Part shown: one piece after another, positions 39,875 to 53,137 of the stretch | Position numbering within the stretch: the stretch's first letter is position 1 | Layout of the letters: each line of letters starts with the position of its first letter | Origin: the human T2T-CHM13v2.0 reference genome, Homo sapiens | Direction: 5' to 3' (one strand) | Assembly (NCBI RefSeq): GCF_009914755.1 | Contig: NC_060926.1 | DNA length: 64,000 nucleotides | The notes under the pieces: model-generated | Database searches by the model: none | What the model was told of the DNA's origin: nothing | The model's input: only the letters and a program-made list of their open reading frames with translations | Program-made: the position numbers and the translations under genes

Positions 39875-40060
39875 CAGGGGTTCACAGAGGGTTGTCCCTG
39901 GATTAGCAGTAGCAGCATCACCTAAGAACCTGTTAGAAATGCACATTCTTGGCCCCACCTCAGGCCCACTGAGTGAGAAACTCTGGATATAAGTCCTGGC
40001 AATGTGTTTTAATAAGCCTTCCTGATGATTCTGCTGCATGTTAAAGTTTGAAAACCACTA
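39875..40060. mobile_element. MER5A hAT MITE
   Basis: gcagcatcacctaagaacctgttagaaatgcacattctt...taaagtttgaaaaccact. Confidence 0.85.
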
Positions 40061-41334
40061 TCCTAGATAATTCTTTTCATTAGCTGTATACCTTTCTAAC
40101 CAAATAGAGTCTTTGAATTATATCCAAAGTCTCTTCCAGCTTTGTGTTACTTGGCAAATAGATGCTTTTCATATTTCTTCCAACTTACTGAAGAAAAACG
40201 TTGACCAAGAGGGATTCCTGCTCCACCCCTGAAGAATTTCTTTAGGTTGACCTCAGTCCCCCAAACACCAATCTTCCTGTATGATTTTTCTACTCATTAC
40301 TAAGCCTTCTAACTGTTAGATCGTCATGCCTGCTATTTCCCCACCTTGTTTCAGGTATATAAAAGAGCTTTGTCAGAGGTCTTAAGGAATTCAGGATTTA
40401 CTCTGTTGAGTCACTCCCTGCACAGGTAGAGGCAGAGTCAGAAAAAGAATGTGAAGTCAGATTTTAGAAAACCTTTGCTGACTCCTGGGTCTTCATTCTA
40501 AGTACTTGCCCCCATCTGTGTGATTAGCCATCTACAACAGTAAGCTTACCAGTCTAGAATATCCATTCTTTGCCTTTTCCATATTGTTTAGGTGTGGACT
40601 TTAAAATTCCAATGAGCTGCCATTTTTTGTGTGTATTTAGTGAAAATTTACTGGTCATTTGCTGCATTACCAGCACTGAGATGGTACTGGTAATGCTGAT
40701 AATTCAGTTAGACATAGGGCTGCCCTTGGGGCATTTACAGTTGAATTCCTACAGGTCCTTTTAATATTCCAGTTTATAATTTGGGGTATGGGGTGGGGGA
40801 GGCCAGAGGTTATAAATTTTTTTTCCAAACATTTACTGGACATAGGTAATATAGATGGATTATCAATATTTAAATAGTTTTGTTGCATTTACTGAGGAGC
40901 TCTGTTGGCTAAATTATACATTATAGCAGATATATTTGTGTGTGTGAAATAGTGACTCACCTGTAGAGGGTAAGGTGTAATGGAGGTAGATCAGACTTTA
41001 GTTTTAAGAAGCATTTCATAGACCTATTTCCCCTTCAAAGACTGTGCTTTAGGTAGAAGAAACAAAATTATTTCCCCTGCCTTATATTCCTTTTGTTTTC
41101 AACCCATTTCTTTGGATTCACCAACAATACCTTCCAGGTTCCTCTTGACTATATTTGAATTCATCATGAGTCATCAGAATATTGGTAATTGATGGGTTTA
41201 GTAACACTTGGCTTATTCTCTGTTATATCAGCAATCCATGGTCCTCAAAGACAGCATACACCATGATTAGCCTTTTAAGAACCATGCACTGCTCCTCCAG
41301 ACTTCTCTTCCAGTCACAATACATCCTTCTAGAA

Positions 41335-41950
<616 letters not shown>

Positions 41951-42465
41951 TTTCCAGAAAAGAACAACTATCACAGTAACCAGATTCGACACATTTTCTG
42001 GGGTCTGAGTATCTTGATTGACATTCTTAAGTCTGCTGTTTGCTGCGTCCGTACGAGTCAGGATAGTATACTGGTTAGCTGGGACGTTTGGACCAGTGTG
42101 CATGGGTTCAAATCCTGCCTCCACTGCTTAACACCTTTGTGCTGAAGTTTCCTCATCTCTTAAATAGGAATGATGATGATGCCCACTCACAGCATTGTTG
42201 TAAACACTAAGTGATTTTATGTCTCTATAGAGCTAAGAAACATGTCAGGTTCATAGTAATTGCTATGTAAGTATTGGCTTGTTAAGTGAGATTATTTATT
42301 TAACGTGAAAAGAGAGACCTCTTAGGAAATGAGTAAGAAAAAAAGAACAGTAACTCAATAGAAGTATTTGGAGTGGCTCTGAATAGGTACGGTTCAAAAA
42401 ATATAAATGACAAAATTATAGAAAGATTTAACCTCACCATAAGCAAATTGTAGCTTCCAGAAATA

Positions 42466-42642
42466 CAGTCATGTACCATATAGCTATGCTTCGTGGCCAG
42501 TGATGGACCACATATATGGCAGTGATCCTACAAGATTATAATGGACCTAAAAAGTTCCTATGAGAACATCATAGCGCAATGCATTCATTACTGATGTATT
42601 TGTGTTGATGCTGCTGTAAACAAACCTATTGCGCTGCCAGTC
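42466..42642. mobile_element. TcMar-Tigger fragment (Tigger3/MER47-like left end)
   Basis: cagtcatgtaccata...ggaccacatatatggcagtg..caagattataatgga...gtaaacaaacctattgcgctgccagtc. Confidence 0.75.
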
Positions 42643-43056
42643 ACTCCTCATTCTTCCCTCGTACCATCCCCTGGCAACCACTAACCTGCTTGCTGTCTCT
42701 GTGAACTTACATTTTGTGGTCATTTTATATAAATGGTTTCATGCAATATGCGATCTTTTGTAACAGTTCTTTCAGCTTCCTGATGTTTTCAAGATTTATC
42801 CATGTTGTAGCTTGTATCAGTACTTCATTCTTTCTTATTGGTGAATAATATTTTATTGTATGGATATACCACATTTTATTTATCCATTCATGAGGTGACA
42901 GACTTCAGGATTGTTTCCATTGTTTGGCTATTATGAATAATGCTGCTATTAATGTTTGTATACAAGCTGTTGTGTGAACACACATTTTCAGTTTTCATAG
43001 GCATATGCTTAGGAATGGAATTGCTGGATTACATTGTAACTCTAACTTTTTGAGGA

Positions 43057-43154
43057 ACTACCAAATGTTCTTTTTCTTTAGTTTTTGTTTTTTGGTTTTT
43101 TTTAAACAAAAAAAAAACAAAAACAAAAACTAAAGAAAAAGAACATTTGGTAGT
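43057..43154. repeat. Perfect 36-bp inverted repeat with 26-nt spacer
   Basis: 43057-43092 actaccaaatgttctttttctttagtttttgttttt is the exact reverse complement of 43119-43154. Confidence 0.95.
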
Positions 43155-43178
43155 GTTTAAAAAAAAAAAAAAAACCAA

Positions 43179-43458
43179 CGGGGTCTTGCTCTGTTGGCCA
43201 GGCTGGGCTACAGTGATGCCATCATAGCTCATTGCAGCCTTGAACTCCTGGGCTCAAGTGATTCTCCTGCCTCAGTTTCTTGAGTAGCTAGGACTACAGG
43301 TATGTGCCACAATACCCAGCTGATTTATTTATTTATTTGTAGAGACGGGGTCTCACTGCATTGCTTAGGCTAGTCTTGAACTCCTGGCCTCAAGCAATCC
43401 TCCAGCCTAGGCTTCCCAAAGTGCTGGTATTACAGGTATGAGCCAATGCACCCAGCCC
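43179..43458 (-). mobile_element. AluJ-like, antisense
   Basis: cggggtcttgctctgttggccaggctgg...cccaaagtgctggtattacaggtatgagcca. Confidence 0.92.
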
Positions 43459-44759
43459 ACCACACTCTTTTACAGAGTTGCAGCACTATTTTACATCTGA
43501 CCAGCAATGTATGAGAGTTCTACTTTCTCTACTTCCTTGCCAACACTTACGATTTTTCATATTGTATTCATTTTAGTGAGTATTAAATGGTATCTTATTG
43601 TAGTTTTGATTTGCATTTCAAATTCTTTACCCATTTGTAATTTGGTTATTTGTCTTTTTATTGTTGTAAAAGTTTATGCACGATTATATATCTGAATGAT
43701 GAACATAATAATGTATATTATATATAAAGGACTTATCCGATATATAATTTGCAAATGTTTTCTCCCTTACTGAGGGTTGTCTTTCACTTCCTTGATGATG
43801 TCCTTTGAAGCATAAAAGCGTTTAGATTTGATAAAGTTTGTCTATTTTTTCTTTTGTCACTTGTGTTTTTGATGTCGTAAGAAACCATTGTCAAATCCAA
43901 GGTCATGAAGATTTACTCCTATTTTTTTTTCCTAGGAGTTTTCTAGTTTTAACTCTTCCATTTAGGCCTATGCTGTGTTTTGGGGTGATTTTTGTGTATG
44001 GTAGAAGGTAGGTATCCAAGTTCATTCTTGTGTGTGTGGATATTCAGTCATCCCCACACCATTTCTCGATTGGCTATTGCTTTTATTATGATCATCTTCA
44101 GCACGTAACTCTAACGAAGCAAACTTGTGTTTGTCACATTCCTCATTTAATGCCCTTTACTGGCTTTCATTCATTTCCACCTCTTGGAATCACACTATAT
44201 TTTATCTGTGGCCTGCTTCCTAAGTTGACTCATTCGTCCTGCCTGGGAACTCTTCATCCTGTCTAATAAGCCAGGAGGTCAGACACGTTTGCACAGCCCT
44301 TTCTCCTCTCCAAGCTGGGATGCTATCCAAGGGAGTGTTGATTATTTCTGTCCAGAGGACATCTGGGATGCAACCCTCCCACACACAGGTCACCAAAACT
44401 GATCTCTCCACTGTTCCTTCCTGATGATATCACTGTCCTCTGTGGCATCCCTGTGTAGATGGTTCCAGCCAATGCCTGGCCTTGCTGTTCCTAGGACATG
44501 GCTTACCCCAGAAAGTGCAATTTTTATATCCACTCTGTGCTGCTGTTGGCCCTGCTGACCTGTTTAATGACCCTATTTTGGAGGGGAGGATAAAGAAAGT
44601 GGCAACTCCTCCTCTTGCCCATCACTACACTGCCCACAGCCTCACCACAGAATCCCTTGCTTTGCTTTTTCTTGTTCACAGTCTTTCCAGGATTGAGAGA
44701 TAAGTAGAATATGATGGGGGAAGAGACTTTTGTTGTCAAATAATTCAGCTACCACATGA

Positions 44760-45050
44760 ATAATTCCAGTAGAAGGAAACCCTACACCTCTAAAGACAGT
44801 CCCTTCCAGTTGCACACAGTGGCCATTATTAGAGAGTTCTGCCCCAGGCTGTCATAGTTTACCTCCCAATACTTTCTGCCTTTTTCTCCTAGTTCTGACC
44901 CTGGAACGATATACAGTGTCTAATTCCTGTTCTGTACCTCAGCCCAGCCAGTATTCAAAAAACAAAAAAATCCAAAAATTCTTACTCCCCCCTTTCCTAT
45001 TATCTTCATCAAGATAAACACTGTAAATTCCTTCAGTCACATTTTTCTCT
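44760..45050 (-). mobile_element. Possible CR1/L3 ancient LINE relic
   Basis: ttagagagttct...cctagttctgaccctgga...tctaattcct...aaattccttcag resembles reverse L3. Confidence 0.45.
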
Positions 45051-45544
45051 GGCTTTCATGCTTGTCTTTTCTGATTCTGAATTTTATTGTATCAAATCAT
45101 CTGGGAACATTGCATCAGTTCTTCAAAATGTAGTTTTCTCTACCAGTTGTCTTAATAATACCTTGTTATTTTGAATCAGTACTTGTATGATTATGTCATA
45201 TAATGACTGTGAAATAATCTTGTTAATACTGTTATGAGTTTCCTCCAGGTACACGTGATGGTAATCTTTGTAGAAGCATCATCTTCTCACATTTTACTAA
45301 CATATGAAACTCTGAAATTGTAACTTCATAATATGACCATCCTAGAAGCCAAGATAATGTGTCTGTATTTCCTGTTCTCTGTAACAACATTCTTCTTCCG
45401 TAATTACATATCTTTTTGCTAAAACTTGAGCAAACATATGAATAGGTTTACTATATCAAGAGTCTTACTGCTTTACCAGTTTTATCAAATAATCAAATAT
45501 TTAGTGGGTCTCTCAGGATTTATCTGGTAGGAATTCCTTCCTAA

Positions 45545-47001
45545 TGTGTCCAGAATTGGTGGGTTCTTGGTCTCACTGACTTCAAGAATGAAGCCGCGGA
45601 CCCTTGCGGTGAGTGTTACAGCTCTTGAGGTGGTGCATCTGGAGTCTGTCCCTTCTGATGTTTGGATGTGTTCGGAGTTTCTTCCTTCTGGTGGGTTCGT
45701 GGTCTCGCTGGCTCAGGAGTGAAGCTGCAGACCTTCGCAGTGAGTGTTACAGCTCTTAAGACGGTGCGTCTGGAGTTGTTCATTCCTCCCGGTGGGCTCG
45801 TGGTCTCGCTGGCTCAGGAGTGAAGCTGCAGACCTTTACGGTGAGTGTTACAGCTCATAAAAGCAGTGTGGACCCAAAGAGTGAGCAGTAGCAAGATTTA
45901 TTGCAAAGAGCGAAAGAACAAAGCTTCCACAGTGTGGAAGGCAACCTGAGTGGGTGGCCACTGCTGGCTCGGGCAGCCTGCTTTTATTCTCTTATCTGGC
46001 CCCACCCACATCGTGCTGATTGGTAGAGCCGAGTGGTCTGTTTTGAGAGGGCGCTGATTGGTGCGTTTACAATCTCTGAGCTAGACACAAAGGTTCTCCA
46101 CATCCCCACCAGATTAGCTAGATACAGAGTGCCGATTGGTGTATTTACAATCCCTGAGCTAGACATAAAGGTTCTCCAAGGCCCCACCAGAGTAGCTAGA
46201 TACAGAGTGTCGATTGGTGCATTCACAAACCCTGAGCTAGACACAGGGTGCAGATTGGTGTGTTTACAAACCTTGAGTTTGAGACAGAGTGCCGATTGGT
46301 GTATTTACAATCCCTGAGCTAGACATAAAGGTTCTCCAAGGCCCCACCAGACTCAGGAGCCCAGCTGGCTTCACACAGTGGATCCCCCACCGGGGCTGCA
46401 GGTGGAGCTGCCTGCCAGTCCAGCGCCGTGTGCCTGCACTCCTCAGCCCTTGGGTGGTCGATGGGACTGGGCGCCGTGGAGCAGGGGGTGGCACTCGTCG
46501 TGGAGGCTCCGTCCCCACAGGAGCCCACGGAGGGGGTGGGAGGTTCAGGCATGGCGGGCTGCAGGTCCCAAGCCCTGCCCCATGGGAAGGCAGCTAAGGC
46601 CCAGCGAGAAATCGAGCGCAGCGCCAGTGGGCTGGCACTGCTGGGAGACCCAGTACACCCTCCGCAGCCGCTGGCCCGGGTGCTAAGCCCCTCATTGCCC
46701 AGGGCCGGCAGGGCCGGCCGGCTGCTTCAAGTGCAGGGCCCGCCAAGCCCACGCCCACCCGGAACTCCAGCTGGCCTGCAAGCGCTGCACGCAGCCCTGG
46801 TTCCCACTCATGCCTCTCCCTCCATACCTCCCTGCAAGCTGAGGGAGTGGGCTCCGGCCTTGGCCAGCCCAGAAAGGGGCTCCCACAGTGCAGTGGTGGG
46901 CTGAAGGGCTCCTCAAGTGCCGCCAAAGTGGGAGCCCAGGCACAGGAGGCGCCGAGAGCGAGCGAGGGCTGTGAGGACTGCCAGCACGCTGTCACCTCTC
47001 A
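45545..47001 (-). mobile_element. Full-length LTR12C-type (ERV9) solo LTR, 1457 bp, antisense to CERS6
   Basis: Minus strand reads TGAGAGGTGACAGCGTGCTGG...GGACACA (TG..CA); perfect 4-bp TSD ctaa at 45541-45544 and 47002-47005; ~40-bp U3 tandem units; CpG-rich. Confidence 0.95.
45981..46299 (-). promoter_or_regulatory. LTR12 U3 promoter/enhancer: six CCAAT (NF-Y) boxes and AATAAAAG TATA-like element
   Basis: gattgg on + at 46018, 46056, 46134, 46212, 46253, 46294; cttttatt at 45981-45988; minus-strand AATAAA at 45897-45902. Confidence 0.75.
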
Positions 47002-48069
47002 CTAACACATCCTTAAATAATTTGATTGTTCCTTTATTAAATGACATCTGTAGAATCAGATAGTTTCACTGTTGATACAATTAACAACAGACTTTCATAT
47101 CAATATCTTTTTCAAATACATACTTATTTTTCCCAGATGGTGCTGTATGTAGTCAAGATCAAATTTTAACCAAGTCTTTATTTATCATATACTTTTAAAG
47201 ATTTGGGTTTGTAGTCAGTATTCAAAAGCTTCAATGGTATATATTGGATACATGTTGCACTACTATTATCAAACGCAATCACTGGTGCCCCACCTACTTG
47301 CCATCACTCAAAGTGTTAAAAGTTTAAATATTTTCTCTTGTATTTAAATTTTTGGAAAGTCATGTCTAGTTAGCTCTCCTCAACTCAAAAATCTATGCAT
47401 TGTAGCCTTGACTTTGTAGTCACACAGTCAGTGATCTGATCCTTTTTGAGAGTAAATCTACCCATCATTGTAAGCTGTTACAATTTTCATTGATCTGCAT
47501 CTCTCTCTCTTACAGTCCACTTATGTGTAATCTCTACGTTCCTAACAATTTCCCGTAAAAGCTGTGGTTTTAATATGGCATAGATTGTACTCAAACTCAT
47601 TGTAACATCCATCAACAGTGCCTTACAGTGGCTACTCAGTATTTGTTAAGTGAATTAGGTACTCTTTAATTATAAATGGTCTCATGTCCATTTTCTTAGT
47701 TGATTTCCTTAAATCTTTGCAAAGAAAGATAGGTGCAATTTCTCCGTTAATACACAGAGAAAGGAGATTCAATTAGTCAGTGATTCACCGGGCTCTCTGG
47801 ACTCTGGTCTCCTAATATCAGTTCAATTCAACAGGTGCTTACTATGTTCCATTTGTCCTTTCTACAATACAATATTCTCTTATTTAAGGCCATAAAGCAT
47901 TTGATGAGATACATTTTTGGTGGTAGTTCAATAAAAAATGGTCATTTAAAAATGATTGCCTCTGTCGTTCTGCCCCAGTCAAGATAACATATTGCAAACG
48001 TTATCATCTATCAGTGATACATTAGAATCTGGTAAAGAAAGGAGAAAATTCACAAAGATGCTGAAAGAG

Positions 48070-48290
48070 AAGTGGCATGGTACAGTGGCTAGAAAGGCTG
48101 CTTGTTTTGAGTCACATTTCTCCTCCCACAGTGTCTGAAGACCAGATGTGTGATTTCTCTGCACCTATGTCCTCATCGGTAAAATAATGGTAAATACTCT
48201 ACCTACCTTACCAAAAATGTTAAGGATCAAGTGTAATAGTATTTTACAAACTATAAAATTCTTTATAAATATTAGGCATTTTTCAAAATG
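48070..48290 (+). mobile_element. MIR
   Basis: ggcatggtacagtggctaga...cctcatcggtaaaataatggtaaatactctacctacctta. Confidence 0.6.
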
Positions 48291-48806
48291 TGCTGTTATT
48301 GTTAAAGATATAAATTCCCATTATAGCCAAGTGGTCAGAAGTTCTTATTATATTTTATAACCTCCTACTAGTCTATATTAAGGAATCATAACCATAGATA
48401 CATCTGAAATAAAATTCTAAAATGGTCTATCCAATTATGAGGCTTAAACTGTCTCATTTTAGTGGCTTCTGTTCTCAGTACTCAGTAAGCATGTAATATT
48501 GAAACTGTACCAGTTTGCCATATTCTCACAAATCCCAAGTGAATGGGCATACCACTGTTGCCAGAACCTCTTCCCATGGCCAGTTAATGATTTTCCACAT
48601 CTCCAGTCATGTCCCATGAAGTGCCAAGGCCTTGGCTACAGGAGGGTTAGAGTCAAATACGTACCTTTACTGGTCAGCTACTGTTCAGACAGAAGCATCT
48701 GCCTTCTCAGAATGTTGCTTTCTGTTGCTCTGTTCACTGAAAAGTAGGGGAATTATCTGTGGATTTGTTCTCTCTGAAGATTTCTACAATTAAAAAAAAA
48801 CAAGTT

Positions 48807-49104
<298 letters not shown>

Positions 49105-49573
49105 TTACAGAGGAGACTCAGTCATCCTTTTACCATTTTCCATGATAAGATTTGAAATTCATCTAGACATGTAGGAGAAGATTAGCTTTTTATCTGATTT
49201 ATTTTTCAAAATGTATTTTACCAAAGTGGCATGGCTTATATGCTTTTCTGAATTGTTGATAAGGAACAGATTAGTCTCAGACTTCACACATTTGAGAAAC
49301 CTGACTTTTCATGCAATCCCTTGACAAATTTGCTCTGAAATTTGCCTTGGTGCTGGTCTATGTTAAATATATTAGAAAGATTTGAAGGATGAAACCTGCT
49401 ATCTTTTGGGCATAAGGTATTTTGGTGTGTTTTTAGTAATTCTTACATCTATCAGCATTGTTTAATACCTTCACAGGATGTGAAAGAGGTTAGATGGAAA
49501 TAATGTGTGTTGAGATGTCTCTTTCAGATGAACATACAAATTTTAATGTAATTTCAGGATTGAAGGGCTAGAC

Positions 49574-49791
49574 CAGAGGTCCACAAAGTATGGCCTGTAG
49601 GACAAAGCAGCCCACTGTCTGTTTGTATCAGTAAAGTTTTATTGGAACACAGCCTTGCCCATCTATTAATATTGTCTTTGGCTGCTTTATGCTACAGTGG
49701 CATGGCTGAGTAGTTGTGACAGGGTTATGGCCCAGAAAGCCTAAAGTATTTGCTCTCTGGTCTCTTGCAGAAGAGACTTGCCAACTCTCTG
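49574..49791. mobile_element. MER58A-like hAT MITE (opposite orientation to the 28.4-kb copy)
   Basis: taaagttttattggaacacagcc...gctgagtagttgtgacag...aaagcctaaagtattt. Confidence 0.85.
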
Positions 49792-49819
49792 GCTAAGCCA
49801 TTAAACATTAGTCTCGTGA

Positions 49820-50173
<354 letters not shown>

Positions 50174-50263
50174 TAATATTGAGAAGGGAGAACAGAATAT
50201 GCTCTCGATTAAGTAGGCTTTTTCCTTTTGTGACTTGAATCAACAAAAAAATGCATTGTCGCC

Positions 50264-50571
50264 GGCCAGTCGCAGTGGCTCATGTCTGTAATCCCAGCAC
50301 TTTGGGAGGCCGAGGAGGGCAGACTACCTGAGGTCAGGAGTTTGAGACTGGCCTGGCCAACATGGTGAAACCCCATCTCTACTAAAAATACAAAAAATAG
50401 CCGGGCATGGTGGCACACGCCTCTGTAATCCCAGCTACTCGGGAGGCTGAGGCAGGATAAAATTGCCAGAACCCGGGATGCGGAGGTTGCAGTGAGCCAA
50501 GATTGTGCCACTGCACTCCAGCCTGGCCGACAGAGCGAGACTCTGTCTCAAAAAAAAAAAAAAAAAAAAAA
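50264..50571 (+). mobile_element. Full-length AluS
   Basis: Dimeric Alu with A tail; tgcattgtc on both flanks. Confidence 0.95.
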
Positions 50572-51996
50572 GGTGCATTGTCCTAGTAACGCTCTCTACA
50601 CAGAATTAATATCTTAAGTGTTCCTTCCCAGTCCCTGCAGAGAAGGCTTTGCTGGAGGAAGAGAAAAAATAAAAAGATTGTTTGCTCAAGGTATTACAAG
50701 ATGTGTTTACCATCTAGGGAGAAAATTCAGTATGACCATTTCATCTGTTTTAAAAATATCTGAGTGTCGTAATAAAGTCTCATGCTAGGACCGAGATTTG
50801 AAAATTGTGTATTTGACCAGGCATCTCACTTACTTGAGAGAACTGATGTTTTATGGAAAGTCCTAGAGCAGATGAAGAACCGTCGTCAACTATGTTTCTA
50901 TTTGCTTAGGCTGTTATACAGCACAGTTATATACCAGGCTAGTGCTCTCCATCCTCACTTCCCATCACCTCCCTGACTTTGGTCTTGGGTCTCTCCTGCC
51001 AACTTTCCACTCCCATCCATGCTGAGCTTCCTCCCAACTGTCCTAAGCTCAGCCTTGGACTGCCATGTGCCTGTCCTTTGCCTTCTTCCCTGTGTGGACC
51101 AGTACCAGAACCATCCCAGAAACCTTCCCTGCAGAATCCCAGAGTGCAGGGCTCTGTGGTGCTATCAGAGCAGGCCACGCTGGCTGTGTCCTTTAGTTGG
51201 CAGAACCTCTTCCATGCCTCTGATGGCAGTGTTGCCAAGGAGACGGAACCACAGGATCATTGGCATCCCTAGAATCCTTCTGTTCCTTGTGGGGCTATGT
51301 CTTATCATATATTATCATTTAACTTTTGATATCTTTGTGTCTTGTTTCCCAGGCAAGAGAGCAAACACTTCACAAATTCCTCATAGATAAAGAATCATTT
51401 CTTCTTTATCGATCTGCTTATCACACGTTACTGTGAGCCTGCTGTGCATCAGGCACAGTGTGGGTGTTGGGGATGTAGATATTGATTAGGTTATGTGCCC
51501 AGGAACAGCTAGCACTAAAAAACCATCAATAAATATTTGTTAAATGGAGAATGAAATTTTAGCGTTTCCCCTGCAGTTTGGCACAATGACGACTGAGACT
51601 TTGCAGCCCATGTGCATCTTTCCTTAAGATACGGAATCGGCCCAGTCGAAGAAGACAGACAAGAGTGACTTAGTAGCTTTCAAAAGCAGGAGCATCCCAG
51701 CCACTGAATTGTTTTGATCAGATAGAAACAGATCAGATGGAAACAGTACTGCCTTTAGTAAGTTTAATAAGTCCTGCCTTTATCCACAGCTGGTCATAAA
51801 ACAGAAATGCTTAGTTTATAAAGTGGATTGTCAGTGAATTGGAAATACAAGCATCAAATGTATTTAAAGAAAATCACAAAACAAGTAGGTCTACTAAAAT
51901 GCAGACTCTGGCTAGCTGTGACCAGCAGCCTGGTCTGAGGCTTTGATGATTGCGTGTTGTATGTTGGCTCCTGAGTGAAGCAAAGAGAGAGGGCAG

Positions 51997-52216
51997 CATG
52001 GGAAGGGAAGGACAAATGAGAAATAGCAGGGGGTGGGGAATTATCTTGCCCCTTCCATGCAGTCGTCCAAGGAAGAGTTCTGGCATAAAGATTTTAAATT
52101 CTGTATGAGGGACCTGGTGAGTCATCCCCAGCCACCCTGTGGATTTCTCATCAGGCTTACTGTGTTGTCAATTAGGTGCCCAACCTCAAATTCGTAACAA
52201 GCTCCATGTCTCTCAG
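51997..52216 (+). repeat. Copy 1 of a ~220-bp local direct duplication
   Basis: Aligns to 53138-53359 with ~14 differences by manual count. Confidence 0.95.
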
Positions 52217-53137
52217 GGCAAGTTGCAGCTACCCAATGTAACTATCTTAAGTACTTTTTTGAAAGGACGGCATATAAACCCACTTATAATTTTCACAAAC
52301 AGTTGTGTCTTAAGACTACTTTATATTCTACAGTCTGCAGCCATGCATTAAAGAGACATTGCAAAATAAATATTTAATTTGATTTGTTTGGCGACTAATA
52401 CATTGTGTTGTGATCTGTGAGTTATTCCGAAGTTATGAAGAAATGTAGAATCTAGGACTCATTAAAATATTTATTAAAATTGTTCAAAAAGGCCATTGGA
52501 AACATGTTCAAAGAAATGATTCTGCATACATTCCATATAAGAATGACCAGACTGAAACAATTCCAAATGCTTTTAAATTCTGAGAGATACAGAAGTACTG
52601 TTTTAATCACTTAATATTTTTAGATGGTCTTTGTAATTGATATATAAATATAGCAAAATGCATCTAATGAAATGGAATTGTCTGTTAGCTGTAATTCTGC
52701 TACCTAGTGGTGTATGCTAATTAAATAGGGAAATATTTGGGATTGTTTCCCAAAATAACATCCAGAGAGTGCCCTGAGTCACTTCTGTTCCAAACGAGCC
52801 TCCTACCTGCTAATTCTGTCGTGCTCTGCAGTCATAACTGATGTTAATCTGAAGCAGCACAAGACTGTGAACCATCAAATAATAGTAAAATATTTTTCAG
52901 TGGCTTTTTATTATACCTTTTGACTAATAATAAATGAACAAAACAAAATAAGGAAAAATTTCTAGTTATCACTGAGTTAACCAGAGTATTTCCATTAATC
53001 AAGATTTTAGTATACCAAATTTTCTAGTTTTTATCTCATGGAAATATAAGGGTATTTTATCTTTTGTATGCTACTGAAGGGAAAACATCATCATACAGCA
53101 ATGAATACTTCAAGGTGATGTTCAAGTATCATTTGAC

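Larger units (their letters stand above)
42645..44065 (-). mobile_element. L1M fragment, antisense, interrupted by an Alu
   Basis: cccctggcaaccactaacctgct...ggaattgctggat...caaatccaaggtcatgaagatttactcct. Confidence 0.9.

Noticed and set aside
40783-40802. G-rich run ggggtatggggtgggggagg
   Set aside because: Only three runs of at least 3 G; not a canonical three-tier G4
46030-46350. Regularly spaced ~40-bp repeats superficially like a CRISPR array
   Set aside because: They are the U3 tandem units of LTR12; no unique spacers, no cas genes, eukaryotic context
45984-46995. Dense overlapping ORFs up to 158 aa on both strands
   Set aside because: All lie within the GC-rich LTR12C; low stop frequency explains them and they resemble no protein family
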